Shown piece after piece: positions 33,387-43,435 of a stretch of 64,000 bases of DNA. Made by a program: the position numbers and the translations under genes. A model generated the notes under the pieces. It did not search any database, was not told the origin of the DNA, and worked only from the letters and a program-made list of their open reading frames with translations. The stretch is from a bacterium (lineage in GTDB: Bacteria; SAR324; NAC60-12): positions 608,001-672,000 of the forward strand of contig CBDBHR010000029.1 of NCBI GenBank assembly GCA_965205865.1. Reading direction: 5' to 3'. The number at the start of each line of letters is the position of its first letter. Position 1 is the first letter of the stretch.

Positions 33387-35082
33387 CCTAAATCCTGCAA
33401 TTAGATGACAATCAAACATGGAAATGGTAATATACTCAAATAGTTAACAGCAGAATCAACATTTTAAGAGATCACCATTACCATGAAAAACAAAGGTAGC
33501 GCAAGATCGGCAAGAACGACAGCAAAAAACATCCATATCAGCCAGGGAGGCAGAGACCTGACCGCGCAAGCAGGCTTGATTCCGGTTGTCAAATTTTTTC
33601 ACAAAGAAGGGATTGTTTCAAAGACAGAGCAGACCGTAGATCATCGGCGTGGCGCCACGGGTCTTTATGACGCGGTGGACATGGTCATTTTGTCGGTGGT
33701 CGGCATTGTTGGTGGCGCCCGTTCGATTCGTTCGATTGTGACAGTTTGGAACGACCGTGTTTTGAGTCGTGTGGCCGGTTGGCTGAGGATTCCGGATGAA
33801 ACCACATTCGGCCGGATACTGCGTACTTTCACACAGAAAAACATCAATGAGATGGAGAGCTTGAACCATCGGATTCGAGCCGGTATCTGGCGTAAGGCGC
33901 TTCGAAGTGGGACAAGCATCGTTGGGGTGTTACACTGTCTTGTGATTGACGTGGACTCCACTGTGAAAACGGCCTACGGCAAGCAGCAAGGAGTGTCTGT
34001 CGGATATAATCCCCACAAACGCGGTGCAGCTTCGTATCATCCTCTGCTGGCATTTTGCGCAGAGACAAAGGAGATTCTTCAGGGTTGGCTTCGTGATGGG
34101 AGTGCCTATACCAGCAATGGAGTCGTTGAATTCATGCGGCAACTTCTCGCTCACCTTCCAAATCGGACTCGCACTCTGTTTCGTGGAGACAGTGGTTTTT
34201 TTGTGGGGGATTTGCTGGATTTCCTCGAAGAACGAGGCCATGGCTATCTGATCAAGGTCAAACTCAAGGGGCTTGTCTCGTTGTTGGAAACCCAAAAATG
34301 GCAAAAAGTGAAGGGGCAGCCCGCTTGGGAAGGGTGTGAGTTTTCCCACCAATGTGAAACTTGGAGGAGGTCAAGAAAATTCATGGCCGTACGCAGGGAG
34401 AAAGAGGAGGAACTCAAAGGGATGGCCACCCTCTTTGAGATGAAGGAGTACGATTATTTTTGTTATGTTCTCACTGACGCGCTCACTCCCTGGCAGGCTC
34501 ACAAAGAGTATGGCCAAAGGGCGGTCGCTGAGACATGGATTGAGGAAGCAAAAAATCAAACTGCGCTGGCTCAGATTAAAACCGACGATTTTTGGGCCAA
34601 CAGTGCCTTGTTCCAATGCGCGATACTCGCTTACAACACGCTGCGCTGGATGGCCCTTTGTAGTGGTAACGCAATACTGCGCCGTTGGGAACCGGCCACC
34701 ATGCGCACCTATCTTGTCCGAATGGCAGGAAAATGGACGAGTGGCGCTCGTCAACAAAAACTGAGAGTTCCGGAAAGAACACTTTACAATGCTCAATGGG
34801 ATGCATGGGTCGCTGTTGGAGAGACCTGGATCCTTTGTTTCACTCCAGTGGATACATTTTGCTGAGATGTAGATTCCCAAATCCAGGGAGAAGTACGTCT
34901 TGAATCTTGTGCCCGCGAAAGTGGGTATCAGATCATCACAAAATATGACGATCTAATGGAGGGCGGAAAAACCTTTATGAGCAAGGACTGATGGAAATTC
35001 AACTCTCAAATCCTTTTTTTTAAAAAAACCTCTCAAAGAGTGGGGGGAAACTCAATCAAAATATTCAATTGCAGGATTTAGG
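33387..35082 (+). mobile_element. IS1380-family IS, copy C
   Basis: Same TIRs; target duplication TATCA. Confidence 0.95.
33483..34865 (+). CDS. IS1380-family transposase
   Basis: 460 aa, same translation as copy B. Confidence 0.93.
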   Translation: MKNKGSARSARTTAKNIHISQGGRDLTAQAGLIPVVKFFHKEGIVSKTEQTVDHRRGATGLYDAVDMVILSVVGIVGGARSIRSIVTVWNDRVLSRVAGWLRIPDETTFGRILRTFTQKNINEMESLNHRIRAGIWRKALRSGTSIVGVLHCLVIDVDSTVKTAYGKQQGVSVGYNPHKRGAASYHPLLAFCAETKEILQGWLRDGSAYTSNGVVEFMRQLLAHLPNRTRTLFRGDSGFFVGDLLDFLEERGHGYLIKVKLKGLVSLLETQKWQKVKGQPAWEGCEFSHQCETWRRSRKFMAVRREKEEELKGMATLFEMKEYDYFCYVLTDALTPWQAHKEYGQRAVAETWIEEAKNQTALAQIKTDDFWANSALFQCAILAYNTLRWMALCSGNAILRRWEPATMRTYLVRMAGKWTSGARQQKLRVPERTLYNAQWDAWVAVGETWILCFTPVDTFC

Positions 35083-36185
35083 TATCAAGTTTGCCCGAGC
35101 TTAACGCGGCTAGTCTTGTCCCCATGTCGGGCATGATCAATACTTCGGCTTCGTCAACATAGGGTAACCTGTTTTCCGGGTAACGGGGGTCATAGGCCCA
35201 GTAGTCGGGGTTCTTGGCGAAGGACCACGAGGAACCGTCGACATGGTCGATTATTATGAAAGGCCCGGTGCCGATGGCGTACCGCCAGTCGTTCATACTT
35301 CCGTACATGTCAATCGGTTCGCGCGGTACTATTAGCGCTACCTCCTCCTCGTATAAAATTGTCGTCAGCGCTATGGAGCTTGGCCTCGATAGCTTAAACT
35401 CAACAGTATATTCATCCGTAGCCGTTACGGATTCTATCGGTATATTGTCTATAGTAGCCGCCCTGTCAGATTGCCCAACCTCCTCAAACTCGCCAAGACC
35501 GGTTAGCCGCTCGAAGGTGTATTCGACATCTTTAGCCGTCAGCTCCCGACCGTTCACCGGAGGTTTATTCTGCCAGTGCACCCCTTGACGGATGTGAATG
35601 ATGATGGTGGTTGAGTCGGGCGTTTCCCAGCCTGTAGCAAGATGGGTCACCATAACCTCGAAGGGCATATACTTGCTCGTAAAGTCAAACATATCCCGGT
35701 CTACTTTGAAGTCACCGATAACCATCTTTTCTAAGAAGAAACCCGATAAGGCTCTGGCTTGGATGGCCTCGTAGTAGTCGGTAGTCTCAGTATCATCTAC
35801 CATAAAGGTGGTGATTTTGCCACCATACTGTGGCAGCCCTACCATCTTGCCGGTTGCCGGGTCTTTGACCATCTCGGCCGCAATGGCCGAACTACTCCAA
35901 AGGACGATCAGACCCAGGATGAGGGCTGGCAGGGTTGCACTGAAGGTTGATTTGCTTTTTTGATGATCCATCTTTTTCCTTTCGATTGCATGTTCAAAAT
36001 TAAGGATTGCTTTAAAACCTGCTTTCGGTCCCGAAAGCACGTTGTCGAGGATTTCTCTACCCATTGGGTCTCCTTCATTTTGGAGTGATTAAAAACCGAT
36101 CCATTGGCTCCAGGATGGGGCCATGAACCCTGAGCTTTCAATGCTCTTGAGGAATTTCCATTGGCTGAAATGAACTGAGGTGAAA

Positions 36186-36400
36186 TTTAAGGATCTCTTC
36201 CCCTCGGACTAGGCGTCGCTTCCGCGTACGGCCCCGTCGAGATAACATAAGGGGGGACAACCCAATGAATTTGGGGCTTAGGACTTAGAACTTGGAGCTT
36301 GGAGTTGGGTGCCGGGTGCTTGGATTTTGGAACTGTGACTGGGAACTAGGAACTAAGTGCAGGGTGCAGGAATTGTACTCTCATATTAACCTCGTGTCAA
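36186..36400 (-). promoter_or_regulatory. sigma70 promoter + heptamer tract + structured leader, copy 1 (upstream of the SBP operon)
   Basis: TTGACA-17bp-TACAAT, then period-7 YYCYAAG-like units, then core ATCTCGAC...GTCCGAGGGGAAGAGATCCTT. Confidence 0.7.
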
Positions 36401-36838
36401 GTTATTTTTTATGCTCGAAACAGACATGTCATCTTAATTTCAGACTTTCTGACGGTACATCCGAAAAACGAAAGATCGCATGATTGCCTTTCTGTCAGCC
36501 CAAGGCGATTTCGTTGAAAATTATCAAAAAAGAAATAGAAAAACAAGCCGAAATTCTTAAAAACCGTCAGCCCAAGGCGATTTCTTGAAAACGATCACAA
36601 AAGAACGATGATGGCAATATCCTGGTAGATTTCATTATCCCCTTCAGTATCCTCTCAATATAACAATGTTTAGAGGAGGTCAATCGATTTTTTTGCTCAT
36701 CTTAACTCCTCAGTGGCGAGTGCTTGTCTCATCCAGGACTTGATCCTCGCTCCTATTTGTATCAGTCTTTGAAAATAGCGAAGGCATCCTTCCAGCATAG
36801 TATAACAATATTTAGAGGAGGTCAATAGATTTTTTTGC

Positions 36839-37081
36839 TCATCTTAACTCCTCAGGGGCGAGTGCTTGTCTCATCCTGGACTTGATCCTCGCTGCTCTCT
36901 GTGTCAGTCCTTGAAAATACTGGGCAATCCTGCCCTTCCCGGAACGAAAAGCATGGGATTCAGAGCGCATCATTTCAAGGAGTGATGCGCACTCGGCCAA
37001 TTGAAAATCAGGGATATGGGAAAGTTGTCTCTGGTCCTCATTCAATTGATAAAATTCAGTCCACTTAACAAGAAGATCCAC
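36839..37081 (-). CDS. hypothetical protein whose 3' end is repeated nearby
   Basis: 80-aa ORF; its 3' end (ARIKSRMRQALAPEELR) recurs at ~36698-36780 and inverted at ~41026-41106. Confidence 0.4.
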   Translation of the reverse strand: MDLLVKWTEFYQLNEDQRQLSHIPDFQLAECASLLEMMRSESHAFRSGKGRIAQYFQGLTQRAARIKSRMRQALAPEELR

Positions 37082-37137
37082 CTGCGGAGCAAAGCGGAGT
37101 CAGGTGAAACGACTGGTTGGAAAATCCTGTCCCAAAC

Positions 37138-37755
37138 TCATCGATACTTTTTCTTTTTCTCGACAACGACTCCGATTATTCGGTATTGTGTATTCTTGCT
37201 CAGCTCAATGTCCTCATATTTAGCGTTCAATGGATGCAGTACCCTTACTTTTCCATATTTCTTTAATTGTTTGAAAGTTGCTTCCCACTCTTCATTACAA
37301 ACCACAATATAATCATTGTGCCCGGCCTTGAGATAAGGATTAATCACAATGATGTCTTCTTGATAAAATTCTGGTTCCATGCTATCTCCCCGAACCCGCA
37401 AAGCAAAAGTTCCTTTGGAGTCTGTCTCCATAAAATCCCCATCCTCCTGTTGGGAATTCGCGCATTCTCTCCAATGACCCGCCTGTGTCCATGCCAGGAT
37501 CGGGATCTGTTTGATCCTGCCTTTTTGTTCTGGTTTTCTCTCTACAGAAAGATAGCCTGTTTCTCTGAGAAATTCTTCAATTTCGATGCGATAAGTCTCC
37601 AAGAACCCCATCACCATCTCAAAGGAAGGCACACTGCTGCCGTTTTCTATGTCTCGGATGTGGGTATGAGAGACGCCTGAGAGCTGGGACGCTTGGCGCA
37701 GCGATAATCCTGCTTGATTCCTTTTCTCCTTTAAAAAGACTCCAATCGTTTTCAT
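37138..37755 (-). CDS. XRE-family HTH repressor with S24 (LexA/CI-like) peptidase domain
   Basis: LSLRQASQLSGVSHTHIRDIENG HTH; QAG cleavage site; GDSMEP (Ser) and TFK (Lys). Confidence 0.92.
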   Translation of the reverse strand: MKTIGVFLKEKRNQAGLSLRQASQLSGVSHTHIRDIENGSSVPSFEMVMGFLETYRIEIEEFLRETGYLSVERKPEQKGRIKQIPILAWTQAGHWRECANSQQEDGDFMETDSKGTFALRVRGDSMEPEFYQEDIIVINPYLKAGHNDYIVVCNEEWEATFKQLKKYGKVRVLHPLNAKYEDIELSKNTQYRIIGVVVEKKKKYR

Positions 37756-37758
37756 AGT

Positions 37759-37821
37759 GTAAATCATATCTTACTTTTTTATTGGGACCAATTTTATTTT
37801 AAATGTAAGATATATATTACA
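37759..37821. promoter_or_regulatory. two GTAA-N8-TTAC palindromes, candidate operators
   Basis: GTAAATCATATCTTAC at 37759 and TGTAAGATATATATTACA at 37804, in the divergent intergenic region. Confidence 0.55.
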
Positions 37822-37919
37822 ATCATATATTTCTCAAGTTAAAGGACAAATTTCATGACAATGACACAATTCGAATATTTGAAATGAAAGATATAATGAA
37901 CGAATAGGAGAATCATTCA

Positions 37920-38390
37920 TTGATCTATAAGCGACGTCATCCCGAAAAAACAGAATACTATCGCATTATTTAAGCCAATTTTGAAGCATTTGAAAGGAAC
38001 TATCCGGAACTCTTTGAGGAGAATTATGGCTACCTGAGGAAAGACATCATGCCCGCCATTTACGCCTATCTGGACTGTGGAATTCCAGAGAACGGTGTGG
38101 CAAGGGTGAGGTGTGAATGTGGAGAAGACTTCTTTGTGGCTTTTTCCTGCAAAAAAAGAATGATTTGTCCCAGTTGCTCGACAAAAAGGTCCATCCTCTT
38201 TGGCGAGAAAGTCCGAGAAATCGTCAAGCCGTTTCCTCATCTTCATGTGACCTTTACTATCCCCAAAATCCTCAGAGGCTATTTCCGCAGAAACAGAAAA
38301 TTATTGAAATTGCTGACACAAAGTGCGAATTTCGCCATCAAACAATATTTTCACGAAACGTTAAGCATCAAGGACGGATATACTGGCGGA
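37920..38390 (+). pseudogene. IS91-like transposase zinc-binding domain, with nonsense codon, truncated by IS256
   Basis: YKRRHPEKT..., YLDCG...RVRCECG...FSCKKRMICPSC, HVTFTIPK. Confidence 0.82.
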
Positions 38391-39773
38391 GAGTTATTGT
38401 CAAAAGTGGTGTTTGAGTTAAAAATCAAGCGGCAATCCGGATTTCAGGAATCACCTCGATTCCATCAGAGAATTGTACACCTTCAATCACCTTTGCCAGG
38501 TAATCAAAGCCACGTAACTTTCTCCAATTCTTTTCTGCGCATTGTCCCAGCTTAAACATCATGTGCAGCATCCCTTCACGATTGAGACAGCCCTTTGATC
38601 TTTTGGTTCTGTGCCTTATGGTACCAAAGGTGGATTCAATCGGGTTGCTGGTTCGTATACTCTGCCAATGTTTAGCAGGGAAATCATAAAAGGCCAGTAA
38701 CTCTTCACGATCTTGCTGTAGAGAAAGGGTGGCCTTTGGATATTTATCCTGATAGGTTTCAATGAAGAGTTCAAAGGCTTTCTCCGCATTGATTTTAGTC
38801 TCTGCCTGCCAGATTTCATGTATCGCCTCTTTAGCTTTAGGCTGTGAGCTTTTGGGCAGAGAGTTAAGGATATTAGCTGTTTTGTGTACCCAGCAGCGCT
38901 GATGACGTGTCTGAGGATATACTTCATCCATGGCAGCCCAAAACCCCATGGCTCCATCACCAATAGCTAACTGAGGAACATTCATGCCACGGCTTTTGAG
39001 TTTCAGCAGAACCTCTCTCCAACTCTGAGTGGACTCTCGTACACCATCTTCGATGGCTAAAAAACGTTTCTGACCTCTTTCGTTGACTCCAATGATAACC
39101 AATGCGCAAAGTTTATCCTTCTCGGATCGAAGACCTGAATAGATGCCATCTACCCAGACATAGGCCCAGCGGTCTTCATCCAGTGGTGCCTCCCGCCAAC
39201 GTTGATATTCATTTGCCCATTCACTCTTGAGGCGTGAGACAGTGCTGGCTGAGAGGCCCTGTGCATCATGACCGACCAGGACTTTTAATGCTTCCCCCAT
39301 CTCTCCGGTAGAAACACCTTTCAGGTACAGCCATGGTAATGCTGCTTCCAGGGTTCTGGTTTTTCTGACATAGGGCGGAACCAAGGCAGAACGGAAAGTC
39401 AGTGCCTTCCCATCTTTTGAACGTACCTTGGGGATGCGGACACTGACTGGGCCTATACCTGTCAGGATTTCTCGTTTTGGCAGGTAGCCGTTGCGTACCA
39501 ACGCAAGCCTTCCATCATCGGCTATGCGTTGATGCTGAGACAAATACTCGCTCAATTCTGTTTCTACTGCCTGACGTATTAATTGCTGTGCCCCGTCTCG
39601 TAACAACTCGTTCAGAACATCTGAAACACTCTCTTTATTATCGAACTCTAAAATGCTGTTCTTTCCCATAGTGGCATATCCTTTTTATTTGGTTGATTGA
39701 TATTCGAAAATTCTAGTCAACCAGATATGCCGCCTTTTTTCAATTCCTCAAACACCAGATTCGATTATAGCTC
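38391..39773 (-). mobile_element. IS256-family IS
   Basis: Imperfect TIRs GAGTTATTGTCAAAAGTGGTGTTT / GAGCTATAATCGAATCTGGTGTTT; no target duplication. Confidence 0.88.
38425..39669 (-). CDS. IS256-family (mutator-type) transposase
   Basis: RNGY, WVDG, IGDGAMG, QRCWVHK, RTSNPIES. Confidence 0.95.
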   Translation of the reverse strand: MGKNSILEFDNKESVSDVLNELLRDGAQQLIRQAVETELSEYLSQHQRIADDGRLALVRNGYLPKREILTGIGPVSVRIPKVRSKDGKALTFRSALVPPYVRKTRTLEAALPWLYLKGVSTGEMGEALKVLVGHDAQGLSASTVSRLKSEWANEYQRWREAPLDEDRWAYVWVDGIYSGLRSEKDKLCALVIIGVNERGQKRFLAIEDGVRESTQSWREVLLKLKSRGMNVPQLAIGDGAMGFWAAMDEVYPQTRHQRCWVHKTANILNSLPKSSQPKAKEAIHEIWQAETKINAEKAFELFIETYQDKYPKATLSLQQDREELLAFYDFPAKHWQSIRTSNPIESTFGTIRHRTKRSKGCLNREGMLHMMFKLGQCAEKNWRKLRGFDYLAKVIEGVQFSDGIEVIPEIRIAA

Positions 39774-40018
39774 ATTCCTTGTTTTCCATATCCCAATTTT
39801 CTTTCAAAAGGATGTTCAAACTTTGGAGAAATGACTCTCATAAAAGTATCTGTTGCTTCAAGAATCCGTTTCCTTTGGGCGACAAGATGATTATCTGTTA
39901 CTGTTTCTTGATAGACTGCTTCAGGGATATATACTATCTCAAAAAGCTGGAAAAGAATGTCTAGCTGATCAACACTACTCAGTGCTATAAGAGGACTTGA
40001 ATTGGAAATGACAATCAT
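39774..40018 (-). pseudogene. PIN-like (DUF3368-type) toxin truncated by IS256
   Basis: VISNSSPLIAL...LFEIVYIPEAVYQE; cut at LGYG by the IS end. Confidence 0.8.
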
Positions 40019-40290
40019 TTTTTGATTTGTTCCATCAAGTGTTGGAAGGAGGAATAACTTTCACGCAATTCATCAGGCGCCGCATTTATAAATGAAAGTC
40101 CTTTTTTCCCCAACAACTCGAAAAACTCAGTATATGTAATGCCTAGCAGTTGTGCTGCTTCCCCAAGGCTTAGATTTCCATATTGACGTTGTTCCATAAT
40201 AAAATCTTCATACATAGTTCGGCGAACATCCTCAATACTCTCAAATTGACTGACTATTTCATCGGGAATTTCTACTGTAATCTTTGCCAT
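40015..40290 (-). CDS. UPF0175-family antitoxin-like protein
   Basis: LSLGEAAQLLGITYTEFFELL HTH; overlaps the PIN gene start. Confidence 0.82.
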   Translation of the reverse strand: MAKITVEIPDEIVSQFESIEDVRRTMYEDFIMEQRQYGNLSLGEAAQLLGITYTEFFELLGKKGLSFINAAPDELRESYSSFQHLMEQIKK

Positions 40291-40359
40291 TGGCTCTTCC
40301 TTTTTGATTACCTGAATTGGTTGCTATTTTTCATCTTAGAGTACAGTCTGCTCTTTTAT

Positions 40360-40677
40360 TCAATCAAGAGTTTTTCACTTCTCGAATTTCTCGCTTTCGC
40401 AATTCTTGGTATGGTTGCTCGCAAGCTAGATCAAAGGGAATGGTCGGAATAGTGCTGAAGAATAGCACGGTTCCATCAGCTTCTGGTAGGCATGAACTCT
40501 GCGTTCTCCCTCTGCGCGTCGTGCCAGCACCGCTAAACATCCTCGCAGCATCTCTTCAACGGTAATAATGCTTACTGCCAGCGAATCTGGGGAAACTGCT
40601 GCAAAACGAATCTTTAGTGTGGGATGCCCTCTCTCCAGTAGGCTGAGATGATCGGTATCAAAGATCCGTTCAACCAT
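40360..40677 (-). pseudogene. VapC/PIN toxin, frameshifted; antitoxin remnant upstream (~40674-40800)
   Basis: FDTDHLSLLERG, VSIITVEE.LRG; frame lost near 40470; 3' end approximate. Confidence 0.75.
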
Positions 40678-41405
40678 TATGTCCCATTCTCTGTTCGTTC
40701 GCGGTTGATTTCCTCGATGAAATCGTCGAAATCCGGGTCATCCGCCGATCGTCCGAAGGCCTTGAGCCATGGATGAGAGGATTCCAACCCTGGAATCTCT
40801 ATATCGCTTCTCCAGTGCGGTATTTTCGATCTGATGATCTCAATTATGTCTCAATCGTGCTATGATTGGCAAGTTTTCATTCTTCTCTGTTTCTTCGGCG
40901 GCTATCTTTTATTGGACGCAAAAATTCGCAGATATCCACTGCATCGTTATAGATGCTTGCCTCTCTTTCAAAAAAAGCGCTCTCTTCACTCAAGAGAATT
41001 TCTAAATGATTGATGCACTTGCTCCAATTTCAAGGATTGACACAGAGAAGAGCGAGGATCAAGTCCAGGATGACACAAGCACTCGCCCACTGAGGAGTTA
41101 AGATGAGCAAAAAAATCTATTGACATCCTCTAATATTTTATATAGACAGGATACTGAATGGGATCATGAAATTCACCAGGTTTTTGCCATCATAATCTCC
41201 CATTGGTCGAAATGACACGTTTTTTCTTTAAATCACGGGAAATCTCAAAGAGCCATGAAATCTACCAGGTTTTTGCCATCAAAGTTAATGAGTTGCCGTA
41301 TTTAAAGAAAAGCTTGAGAAACATTTCCAGAACGAGTAAACATATTTCCAATTTCCAAGGACAAAAGAGCAATTCAGAGAGTCACCATATTAAAAATAAT
41401 AAAGA

Positions 41406-41670
41406 TTGACAAAAGGGTAAAATGAGAGTAAGTTCAAGCACTCAGTTCTAAGTTCCCAGTCACAATTTCCAAGTTTCAAATCCCAAGTTCATTGGGTTCT
41501 ACACCGTGGTGTCATCTCGATGGGGCCGTCGGTACGCCCGATACGCGCACGGTGGTCCGCATACGGCGCATCGGCGTACCGGAAGCGGCGCCTGGTCTTC
41601 AGGGAGGGATCCTTAAGATTCCTCGTTCCAAATTCCAAGCCCCAAGTCCTACGTTCCAAGTTTCAGGAAC
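41406..41670 (+). promoter_or_regulatory. sigma70 promoter + heptamer tract + structured leader, copy 2
   Basis: TTGACA-17bp-TAAGTT; heptamers; core with an extended GC-rich hairpin; more heptamers after the core. Confidence 0.7.
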
Positions 41671-41695
41671 AGAAGGGCAAAAAAGGGGTCAGGCT

Positions 41696-42387
41696 GTGCG
41701 CCAGGAAAGCTGGCAAGAAATAGAGAGTGAAAGTCTCTTACTCGGTAAGGCAGTAACGACCCGCTGAGTCCCCGAGTCATGAGTGGTTATTCGCAAGGAT
41801 AGGCGCTAAGCGTTGACAGGGGAGAACATAGGCTCGGTATTGAGCTCCGAAATCATAGTTTCAGGCGCTGACCTTGTGGTCTGGTGGAAAAGGCAATATC
41901 AACCGAAGGCCTTAGCGTGAGTCTCGGCTGAGCCTGGCGGAGTCAAAGACCCGGTGCATGTGTGGAAGTTTCTTGATCGGAACCTGGGAGATCCTGAAGA
42001 CGACTGTCAACATTCTATTGGTAGTCGGATCGGGAAAATTAATAAATAACCCCGATATCTACGTCTTCAGGAAGTCGGACAAGTTCGTAGTAGCGATGAA
42101 GCGGCGAACAATGAGATAATTTGCAGAGAGTAACAATGCAAAGGAAATCAACGGAGCCTGTGGAGCAAAGGGACTTGGCTGAGAGGAATTCTGCTTGCCC
42201 TCCTGTGTTCGGAACTCAGAGGCCGGTAAAATCAGAGAGCGGTTTAAGCAGGGTGCGCCAAACGGCAACGTTTGAGCGTCTGACTCGAAGCAGGAGCCGG
42301 ATGCGTTAGCAGCGCACGTCCGGATCTGTACTGGAGGAATGACGAAAGGTGGCTGGAAACCACTATAAGTCAGTTCTTTACGGTGAC
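41696..42387 (+). mobile_element. ORF-less group II intron (692 nt), deletion derivative of 23162-25118
   Basis: GTGCG...GTGAC ends; ORF replaced by the junction GCGCCAAACGGCAACGTTTGAG. Confidence 0.92.
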
Positions 42388-42459
42388 TTTGATTAAATTG
42401 TATTTTGTTAAATTCTATGGTTAGCATTGCTCCAGACTTGAGAGCAACCGAGAGGAAAA

Positions 42460-43304
42460 ATGGCAAGAAAACGAAGAGTTCATTAACCGGGAGCGGTCTA
42501 TCATGTGATGCTTCGTGGCAATGGGGGGCAGGGCTTTTTTTTGATGATGATCGTTTTTATTTTGGAGAGTTACTTTTGGAGGGAGTGGCGCGTTTTGAAC
42601 ATCGTATCCACGGGTTTTGTTTTATGGGCAATCATGTTCACTTGGTGGTTCAAGTGGGTGTGATTCCGCTGTCTCGCATTGTTCAAAATGTGTCATTTCG
42701 TTATACTCGCTGGATCAACAAAAAACAAAAACGGATGGGAAATTTGTTTCAGAGGCGCTATAAAGCGATTTTAGTGGATGCCGATCAGTATTTATTAGAG
42801 TTAATTCGCTATGTTCACCTGAATCCGATTCGGAACGGGCTCGTCAACGATCCGAAACAATATTTTTGGTCAAGCCATGCCGTGTATACGGGAAAGAGAA
42901 AGATGCCTTGGGTTCATACAGAGTGGGTTCACGCTCAATTTTCCAGGCACTCAGGTCATGCTCGACGGATGTATCGTCGCTATGTTGAGGAAGCTATGGA
43001 GGACACCCTACCCCCCGAGTTCGAAAAAGGGAATAAAGAAGGAAGGATTTTGGGAGATGATCACTTTGCGGAAAGTGCATTACAACAAGCGGGAGAGCCC
43101 ATTCACCAAACATTGGAGTTGGAAGTCTGGGGAGAGCGTTGTGGTCGAGATGGTGTCACCTTAAGCAATGCCATTCAAATTTTGCTAAAACGCACCAAAA
43201 CAGACAAAGATTTGGTAAACAGAATGAAAGAAATTGAGGAAAAACTATTAATCTCTTTCGGGTCTAACTCGCCGCAGCCGCTCAGCGTACCGTTGCTGCG
43301 TTGA
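42460..43304 (+). pseudogene. REP-associated tyrosine (Y1/HUH, RAYT-type) transposase with an early stop and frameshift
   Basis: True start MARKRRVH*PGAVYHVMLRGNG, frame change in a T run at ~42535; MGNHVHL (HUH), LFQRRYKA, RYVHLNP, WSS. Confidence 0.88.
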
Positions 43305-43435
43305 AAAAAAGATAATCCGACAAAATACTCCGCTCGAGCGAAGCGAAAGTCGAGCCTCAACGAGAGAGCATGCTTCAGGATAGTTTATTTGAATAATGAA
43401 ACGTCAAATGAAATAATAAAAGGCCTGACCCCATT

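Larger units (their letters stand above)
30779..35971 (-). pseudogene. family-5 substrate-binding protein split by two IS1380 copies
   Basis: Signal peptide and PQYGG, IGTGPF, KNPDYW (35083-35971); middle part (32792-33386); C-terminus (30779-31095). Confidence 0.9.

Noticed and set aside
9456-35082. Many short ORFs repeated inside the IS1380 copies and introns
   Set aside because: Shadow or antisense frames that recur only because the elements are duplicated.
36270-36370. Heptamer tracts as coding repeats or plasmid iterons
   Set aside because: Period 7 gives no stable frame, units are too short and degenerate for iterons, and no rep gene is present.
36494-36605. Direct repeat pairs (36494/36566 and 41165/41254) as a mini CRISPR array
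   Set aside because: Only two imperfect units each, different sequences, no cas genes in the window.
37138-37755. Prophage
   Set aside because: A CI-like repressor and a ParB fragment are present but no structural, terminase or integrase genes.
42405-42535. Track ORF start for the RAYT gene
   Set aside because: The conserved N-terminus (MARK...YHVMLRGN) is in another frame starting at 42460 with an RBS, so the gene is disrupted.
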